From contig CAVYTH010000018.1 in NCBI GenBank assembly GCA_963771345.1, forward strand, positions 7,335 through 71,334: a stretch of DNA of 64,000 bases, given 5' to 3'. Below, in pieces: positions 56,922 through 64,000 of this stretch (positions within the stretch are counted from its first letter, which is position 1; each line of letters opens with the position of its first letter). The notes beneath the pieces were generated by a model. The model did not search any database. It saw only the letters and a list, made by a program, of their open reading frames with translations, and was not told where the DNA came from. The DNA comes from an uncultured Actinomycetota bacterium. Lineage in GTDB: Bacteria > Actinomycetota > Actinomycetes > JACCUZ01. The position numbers and the translations under genes were made by a program.

Positions 56922-57210
56922 TTAGTCGGACGCCTTCGACGCCGAGCGAGAAGGCCGCGTCGAGGTCGTGCTGCGAGTAGGTGCGGAACGCGATGTGCGT
57001 CTCGGTCGCGCGCACGCCGTCGACCTTGCTCAGGCGGTCGGCGATGACGTCGGCGAGCGCCTCGTGCTCGCGGACGCGCACCATCGCGATGAGGTCCGCG
57101 GCGCCGGTGACGGAGTAGACCTCGCTCACGCCCTCGAGTGCCGCGATGGCCTCGGCCACCTCGGGGATGCGGTCGGACTCCACGTGCACGAGCACGATCG
57201 CAGTGATCAC
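56922..57210 (-). CDS. Lrp/AsnC ligand-binding domain protein (stop shifted by an indel)
   Basis: MITAIVL...GVSEVYSVTG..DLIAMVRV...THIAFRTYSQHDL.AAFSLG. Confidence 0.9.
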
Positions 57211-57331
57211 CGAGAGCCTCCAGGGGCGGTACGCCGGGTCGCGGCGAGCCTATCGGTCGGGCGGGTAGACCTACGCCGAACGGGGTAGGCCCGCGATGCC
57301 GACCATCGTCGTGTCCGCGCAGGAGGCCCTC

Positions 57332-59535
57332 ATGTCCGTGCCCCGCCGTCCCATTGCCCGCCAGGCTCTCGCCGCACTCGCCGGGGCCGCGGTCACCGTG
57401 GCGCTGGTGGTCGCCCCGGGTGCCGGCCCGGGCGTGGCTGCCGCGCATGGTCGCGCCGGGCGCTCCGGGCACCGCGTCGGACTGGGTGCCCGGCGACAAG
57501 GACGCCTTCGGGACGGCTCACGGCACGGCCAGCAAGGTCTGGTACACCGCGTCCCGCGGCACCCTCAACGACGTCTACTACCCGCGGATCGACACCCCGA
57601 GCCTGCGGGACAGCCAGTTCGTCGTCACCGACGGCTCGACCTTCACCGACCGCGAGGACCGCGATGCCACCCACCAGGTCCAGCTGCTGTCGCCGGACAG
57701 CCTGACCTACCGGCTGGTCAACACAGCCAAGAGCGGCGCCTGGCGGATCACCAAGACGTTCGTGACCGACCCCGCGCGCTCCTCGGTGCTGGAGGACGTC
57801 AGGTTCGAGTCGCTGACCGGCAAGGAGTACCAGGTCTACCTCCTGCACGACGTGGCGCTGTCGATGACCGGCAACGACGACACCGGCCGCAGCGGATCCG
57901 GCGGCGCGCTGCTGTCGTCCGACGGCACCAACGCCAGTGCGGTCGTCACCAGCCCGGCGCTCGGCAAGACCTCGAGCGGCTACCTCGGCACCTCCGACGG
58001 GTGGACCGACCTGGCCACCGACCACGACATGGACTGGTCCTACGACGCGACCACGCCGGGCAACGTCGTGCAGACCGGGCGGGTCAAGGTGAACGGCCTG
58101 CAGAACCACCAGCGGTTCACCGTGTCGATCGGCTTCGGCTCGACCGAGAGCAGCGCGCTCTCGACGGCGCAGGCGTCCCTCGGCGCCGGCTTCACGGCCG
58201 CGCGGACGGCGTACGACACGGGCTGGGCCGGCTATCTCGGTTCCCTCGACCCGGTCCCGGCGTCGGCGTCCGGCTGGACGACCGAGTGGAAGGTCTCGGC
58301 GATGGTCCTGGCCGGCAGCGAGGACAAGACCGTGCGCGGCGGCTTCGTCGCTGCCCCGGGCCGGCCCTGGGCCTGGGCGAACTCGTTGCAGTCCCTGGCG
58401 GTCTACCACGCCGTCTGGTCCCGCGACCTCTACCAGATCGCGACCGGGCTGCTCGCCGTCGGCGACGACGCGGCGGCCAATCGGTCGCTGGACTTCCTGT
58501 GGAACGTGCAGCAGCGGCCGGACGGATCCTTCCCGCAGAACTCGAGGCTGGACGGCACGCCGGTGTTCGGTGACCTGCAGATGGACGAGGTGGCGTTCCC
58601 GATCGTGCTGGCGCACCAGCTCGGCCGGACCGGCGCGGCCGACTGGGACAACGTGAAGCTCTCGGCCGACTACGTGGTCGAGCACGGCCCGAGGACCCCT
58701 CAGGAGCGGTGGGAGAACGCCACCGGCTTCTCGCCGGCGACCATCGCCGCCGAGATCGCCGGCCTGGTCTGCGCTGCGGACATCGCGACGAAGAACGGCG
58801 ACGACGGCTCGGCCGCCGAGTACTTGGCGACGGCCGACGAGTGGCAGCAGACGCGTCGAGTCGATGACGGCCACGACGACCGGTCCGTACAGCAACGCGC
58901 CGTACTACCTGCGGATCAGCAAGAACGGCGACCCCGACTCCGGCGACGAGATGCAGGTCTCCGACGGCGGTCCGCTGATCGACGAGCGGTACGTCGTCGA
59001 TCCCAGCTTCCTCGACCTCGTTCGGCTCGGCGTCAAGCGGGCCGACGACCCGGTGATCCGCAACACCGTCGCGGTGGTCGACGACCAGCTGAGCTATCCG
59101 ACGGGGAACGGCCGCTTCTGGCACCGGGCGAGCTTCGACGGGTACGGCGAGCAGCGTGACGGCAGCCAGTGGGAGCCCAGCGACCCCGGATCAGGAAAGA
59201 CGATCGGCCGGGGCTGGCCACTGCTCGGCGGCGAGCGCGGGCAGTACGAGCTGCAGCTGGACGGGATGCAGGCGACTGCGGCGGGCCGGCTGGACACGAT
59301 GGGCGAGGCCGCCGACGACGCCAGTCACCTGATGGCCGAGCAGGTCTGGGACCTCAACCCGCCGGGCGGTACCCCTGGGTTCGTCCCGGGCGAGCCCACG
59401 CTTTCGGCAATGCCGCTTGCCTGGACGCACGCCCAGTTCTTGCGGCTCGGCCGCAACCTGGCGGCGGGACGCAACCTCGAAACGCCACAGGTGGTCGCCT
59501 GCCGGTACGGGAGCGAGGCCTGCCGGGCTGAGTAA
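57332..59535 (+). CDS. Secreted GH15 glucoamylase/glucodextranase (frameshifted)
   Basis: APGAPG..S.W..GDK..FGTA, YHAVWSRDLYQ, FPQNS, QMDE, QERWE, GRGWPLL.GERG, MPLAWTHAQF; AGGAGG RBS. Confidence 0.9.
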
Positions 59536-59586
59536 CCGTTCGGCGACAACTTAGGCGGAACGCCCACGGTCCGTCAGAGTGGGGGC

Positions 59587-61719
59587 GTGACCGTCCAGGA
59601 GGCTGCGACCGGCAGGCGGTCCGACTGGCTGCGCCGTGTGCGCAGCCTGCCGGTCCCGTCCGCCGGCCGGCGGCTGGTCGAGCTCCTCGTCCTCACCGGG
59701 TTCGTCGTCGCCCAGCCGGTGCTCGACGTCTACGGCAAGGCGAGCGAGGTCTTCGTCTTCCGCGACATCAGCGGGGTCGGCGTCCTCGCGTTCACCGCCA
59801 CCGTCGTCGTCGTACCGCCGCTGGCCCTGTGGTTGGTGGGCAGTGCCGCCGCTGCCGTGAACGACGTGGCGGGCCGGCTGGTGCACGGCGGCTGCATGCT
59901 CGTGCTCTGGGTCGCCCTGTGGGTCGAGGTGCTGGCCTACCTCGACGCCCCGCCGGCGGTCGCGCTCGCCGTCGGGGCGCTGCTCGGCGTCTGCTCGACG
60001 GCGTTGTTCACCCTGCGCCCCGCCTTCCGGATGTGGCTGTCGTACGCGTCGCCGGCGCCGTTGGTGTTCGCGCTGGTGTTCCTGCTCCTGACGCCGGTCA
60101 GCGGGCTGGTGCTCGCCGACGGCGGACCGGTGGCCCAGAAGGTGACGATCGGTCAGCCCGCGCCGGTGGTGATGGTGGTGCTCGACGAGTTCCCGCTCGC
60201 CTCGCTGCTCGGGGCCGACGACCAGATCGACGCCGATCTGTATCCCCACCTGGCGGCGCTGCAGGCGTCGTCGAACACCTACCTGAACGCGACCAGCAAC
60301 TCGCCACGAACGCCCTACTCGGTACCGAGCATGCTCACTGGTCAGCTGCCGGCCGAAGGTGACCTGCCGACCGCGGCGACCCGTCCGGACAACCTATTCG
60401 CCCTGCTCGGGCGGTCGCACGACCTGCGGGTGCACGAGCTGCTGAGCATGTGTCCGGACGAGCTCTGCTCGCGTGAACGCAGGAGTGCCTTCGACGGGTT
60501 CGGCTCGCTGCTGGGCAACGGCGTCGAGACGTTCGTCGAGATCGTGGACCCGCGCGGCGACCAGGTGACGCCGGGTGCGGACCGCGGCGAGGCCGTCGCT
60601 GCGATGCGGCGCCGGTCGGGCGACCCGTCGCGGTCGGGTGAGCCGTCGAACCGTGCCGAGGGCTCCGACCTCCTGCTGCCGGACCGGTTCTCCGCGTTCC
60701 TCGACGACCTGGACCGGCCCGGTCGCGGCGGCCGCCCGGTGTTCGGGTTCTTCCACATCCTGCTGCCGCACGCCCCGTGGCTGCTGACGCCGACCGGGCA
60801 GCGGTACGCCGCCTCGCCCGGCCTGCCTGGCGTCCTCGACATGGACGGCGAGATCGCCTGGGAGGCGGACGGCAGGTTCCTGGACCTGGCCCGACAGCGC
60901 CACCTGCTGCAGGTGCAGTACGTCGACCGGATGGTCGGCGAGCTGATGCGCCGGCTGACGGCCGCCGGCACCTGGGACGACGCACTTGTCGTGCTGACCG
61001 CAGACCACGGCGTGGCGTTCCGGGCCGGCCAGCCGCGACGGGCGCCGACTGCCGCCAACCTCAGCGAGCTCGCCTGGGTGCCGCTGTTCGTCAAGCAGCC
61101 CGGCCAGCGCACAGGGTCGACCTCGATGGCCAACGCGCAGCTGATCGACGTGGCGCCCACGGTCGCCGACGTCCTGGACGTGCCGCTGCCCTGGCAGGTC
61201 GACGGACGCTCGCTGCTCGGCACGGCGCGGCCGGCGGCGCAGCGGCGCCCGTTCCTTGACGACGGAGGTGAGGTGCTGCGGCTGGACGGGGTCCGGCTGC
61301 GGCCCGAGGTGTGGGCGCGCTCGGTGGCGACGTTCGCGCCGGCGGTGGGTGACCCGCTGCGGGTGTTCCGGGCCGGCCCGGGTGCCGATCTCGTCGGCCG
61401 CCCGGTCGCCGAGCTGGAGCCGGGTCCGCCGGTCGCCGGCCGGGTGCGGCTGAAGCTGCCGGACAGCTGGCGCTGGGTCCAGCCGGCGGCCGACCTGCTG
61501 CCGCTGTACCGCACCGGCACCGTGCGCGGCCTGCCGGCGGGCGTCAGCCGGGTCGCGGTGGCGGTCAACGGTGTCGTCGCCGGGGTGAGCGACCTGAGCC
61601 GCGGGCCGGGTGACCGCGCGTTCGCGGTGCTGGTGCCGCCGTCGATGCTGCGCGAGGGGACGAACGAGCTCGCCGTCTACGTGGTCGATGGTGCCGGCCG
61701 GCTGTCGCCCCTGCGCTGA
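59587..61719 (+). CDS. Membrane-anchored sulfatase-like (alkaline phosphatase superfamily) hydrolase/transferase
   Basis: About 5 N-terminal TMs; [40 protein letters not shown]. Confidence 0.85.
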   Translation: MTVQEAATGRRSDWLRRVRSLPVPSAGRRLVELLVLTGFVVAQPVLDVYGKASEVFVFRDISGVGVLAFTATVVVVPPLALWLVGSAAAAVNDVAGRLVHGGCMLVLWVALWVEVLAYLDAPPAVALAVGALLGVCSTALFTLRPAFRMWLSYASPAPLVFALVFLLLTPVSGLVLADGGPVAQKVTIGQPAPVVMVVLDEFPLASLLGADDQIDADLYPHLAALQASSNTYLNATSNSPRTPYSVPSMLTGQLPAEGDLPTAATRPDNLFALLGRSHDLRVHELLSMCPDELCSRERRSAFDGFGSLLGNGVETFVEIVDPRGDQVTPGADRGEAVAAMRRRSGDPSRSGEPSNRAEGSDLLLPDRFSAFLDDLDRPGRGGRPVFGFFHILLPHAPWLLTPTGQRYAASPGLPGVLDMDGEIAWEADGRFLDLARQRHLLQVQYVDRMVGELMRRLTAAGTWDDALVVLTADHGVAFRAGQPRRAPTAANLSELAWVPLFVKQPGQRTGSTSMANAQLIDVAPTVADVLDVPLPWQVDGRSLLGTARPAAQRRPFLDDGGEVLRLDGVRLRPEVWARSVATFAPAVGDPLRVFRAGPGADLVGRPVAELEPGPPVAGRVRLKLPDSWRWVQPAADLLPLYRTGTVRGLPAGVSRVAVAVNGVVAGVSDLSRGPGDRAFAVLVPPSMLREGTNELAVYVVDGAGRLSPLR

Positions 61720-61762
61720 TCGGCGCCGTGCTGATGGCCCGCGGTGATCGTGGCCGCGCTGA

Positions 61763-63560
61763 TCAGGCGATGCGGCTGACGGCGGCGCCGGGCTGGTGCA
61801 CCGGGCGCACGTCGCGCCGGTCGCCGAACGGGTCGAGCTGGTCGCGGCCCGCCGCGGCGGCGTCGGCCCAGAGCCGGACCCCACCCGCGCCGTACGCCGG
61901 GCAGGACCAGGAGCCGGTGAGCGCGACCAGCCGGGTGCCCGGCTGCTCGAGCCAGCGCAGCACGCACTCGGTCTCCTCTGCCGAGGCGGCGGGCGTCGGG
62001 CCGGGGCCGGCCACCACGACCTCGGCGGCGGCGACCAGGGAGGTGGCGACGACCCGCGGGTCCTCGGCGCGGCCGGCGACGGCTGTGGCCACCAGCCGGC
62101 CGTACCGGACGACGACGATCTCCCAGCCGCCGTCGTCGAGCTGGCGGGCGGCGACGACCTCGGCGCAGCCGGTGAGGGCGGACAGCCGCTGGAGCCGGGC
62201 GGCGACCCGGACGAAGGCGGCGACCCGGTCGCGGTGGACCGCGGCCTCCTCGTAGCGCTCGACCTCGGAGAGGCGGGCGACCTTGCGGCTCACGGCCTCG
62301 ACGACCGGGCGGGCGTCGCCGAGCATCGCCGAGCGCACGGCGGCCACGTGCTCGGCGTACGCATCGACCGACTCGGTGCCGTCGCACGGGGCGCCGCAGC
62401 GACCCATCTCGGCCAGCGCGCACGCGGCGGACGGCTTGCGCGGCGACAGCCGGCCCGAGCACTGGCGGATGCGGAACGCCTCGTGCAGGGCCGCGGTCGC
62501 GAGCTCGACCTGCCGGGTGCCGGAGAACGGGCCGAGGTAGGTGGCGCCGTCGTCGCGGACCTCGCGGACCCGGGACAGCCGGGGGAACGCCTCGACGGTG
62601 AGCTTGAGCCACAGGGCTCGCTCGGGGAAGCGGGAGCGGCGGTTGTAGCGCGGCTTGTGCGCCGCGATCAGGCGCAGCTCGCGCACCTCGGCCTCGAGCG
62701 GGGTCGCGCACACGATCGGCCGGACGAGCGGCAGCGAGCCCCACCATCTCGGCCATCCGGCCCCGGGTCTCGCCGGCCGTGAAGTAGCTGCGGACCCGGG
62801 AGCGCAGGTCCTTGCTCTTGCCGACGTACAGCACCTCGCCGCGCTCGTCGACGAACTGGTAGACGCCCGGCAGGTGGGGCAGCGCCTCGGCCAGGTGCCG
62901 CTTGGCGCGCTGGGCGGGGGAGACCCGCGAGGAGAACGTCGACAGCTCGTCGAGCGAGCGCACTCCGAGGTTGCCGAGCCGCTCGAGCATCCCGTGCAGC
63001 ACGTCGACGGTGGCGCGGGCGTCGGACAGCGCCCGGTGGTTGGGCGTGGTCTGCGCGCGGAACAGCCGGGCCAGGCTGGCGAGCTTGCAGTTGGGCGCCT
63101 CGTCGCGGGTGACGACCTGGCGGGCGAGCCGGGCGGTGTCGAGCACCCGGTTGCCGGGCCACTCGTGACCGGTGGCGGCGCAGGCGGCCTTGAGGAAGCC
63201 GATGTCGAACGGCGCGTTGTGCGCGACCAGCACGGACTCGGCCCCGGCGAACTCCAGGAAGGCCGGCAGCGCAGTGCCCAGCCGCGGGGCGCCGGCCACC
63301 ATCGAGTTGTTGATGCCGGTGAGCACGGCGATGAACGGCGGGATCGGCACGCCGGGGTTGACCAGGGTCTGGAACTCGCCCAGCCGCTCACCGCCGCGGA
63401 CCTTCACGGCGCCGATCTCGGTGATCTCGCAGCTCTGCGGCGACCCGCCGGTGGTCTCGAGGTCGACGACCACGAAGGTCACCTCGTGCAGCGGCGTGCC
63501 CAGCTCGTCGAAGCTCGCCTGGTCGTATCTCTGCCTGACGGCGACCGGGAGAGCGGGCAT
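61763..63560 (-). CDS. DEDD exonuclease + GIY-YIG/UvrC-like fusion (Rv2191 family), frameshift near 62735
   Basis: VDLETTG, AHNAPFD, HRALSDA; PGVY.F...[39 protein letters not shown]. Confidence 0.93.
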
Positions 63561-63638
63561 GGACCTGACGGTAGGCAGGACCGTGGACACAACGGCGGAG
63601 GCGCACCGCAGCCCCGCCTGTCGCCCGGCGTACGCCGG

Positions 63639-64000
63639 TCAGAGCAGGCCGGTGCCGCCGAGGCCGCGCCAGGCCAGCGCCGCGCCGAGGACCACGACAG
63701 CCGCCGCGGTGACGACGGGGGCGATCCGGAGGACCGGGGCGAACCGGGACCCCGGGTGGCGCGCCAGCCGCAGCTCGGCGCGCTCGCGCAGCCGCATCAC
63801 CAGCAGCCCGACGACCGCCAGGGTCGCGGCCATCCCGAGGCCGAACGCCACGACCAGGGCCACGCCGAACCACGGCTTGCCGAGCGCGACCGCTCCGAGC
63901 AGGACGAGCAGCGCGGACGGGCTGGGCAGCAGGCCGCCGGCCAGACCCATCGCGACCAGGCCGCGGCGGGACGGCGGTGCGACCTCGGCCGGTGCCTCGT
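63639..64000 (-). CDS. HoxN/NicO/RcnA-type nickel/cobalt transporter, C-terminal part (runs off the window)
   Basis: MGLAGGLLPSPSALLVLLGA...GVALVVAFGLGMAATL. Confidence 0.8.
   Translation of the reverse strand, partial: EAPAEVAPPSRRGLVAMGLAGGLLPSPSALLVLLGAVALGKPWFGVALVVAFGLGMAATLAVVGLLVMRLRERAELRLARHPGSRFAPVLRIAPVVTAAAVVVLGAALAWRGLGGTGLL

Noticed and set aside
57275-59546. CGCCGAACGG / CCGTTCGGCG inverted 10-mers flanking the GH15 gene as transposon ends
   Set aside because: Only 10 bp, GC-rich, no target duplication or transposase; could be chance

Overview
High-GC actinobacterial chromosome segment. It covers the conserved glnA - RDD - DUF4191 - lipA/lipB - dlaT(sucB) - lpdA - pepA - gcvT - cobT - DUF3043 - pspA - iscA/hesB - adoK - ctaC/D/F - qcrB/A/C - ctaE - trpD - DEDD exonuclease region. 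Many essential genes carry scattered single-base indels, which are best explained as long-read consensus errors, so most coordinates are reconstructed across frames. Accessory content: (i) a 5'-truncated hybrid histidine kinase, a REC-PP2C gene and a palindromic MITE-like element at 1-3365 that look foreign (HGT or chimeric join); (ii) an IS481 fragment without terminal repeats, fused to the lipA 3' end; (iii) a cobalamin-riboswitch operon encoding a secreted alpha/alpha-barrel protein, a membrane-anchored DUF4430-like protein, an ECF transporter and a degenerate CobT; (iv) a PspA-PspAA-HtpX-PspAB operon; (v) photolyase, GH30, GH15 and a membrane sulfatase-like gene. The best candidate for an under-described system is (iii), which looks like a split, bacterial transcobalamin-like B12 capture module (inference from motifs, not yet tested). 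Regulatory signals readable directly from the sequence are a four-part GlnR box at glnA, three shared sigmaE-type ECF promoters and many leaderless -10/start arrangements. No rRNA, tRNA or CRISPR array was seen. All family assignments come from motif recognition without database searches.
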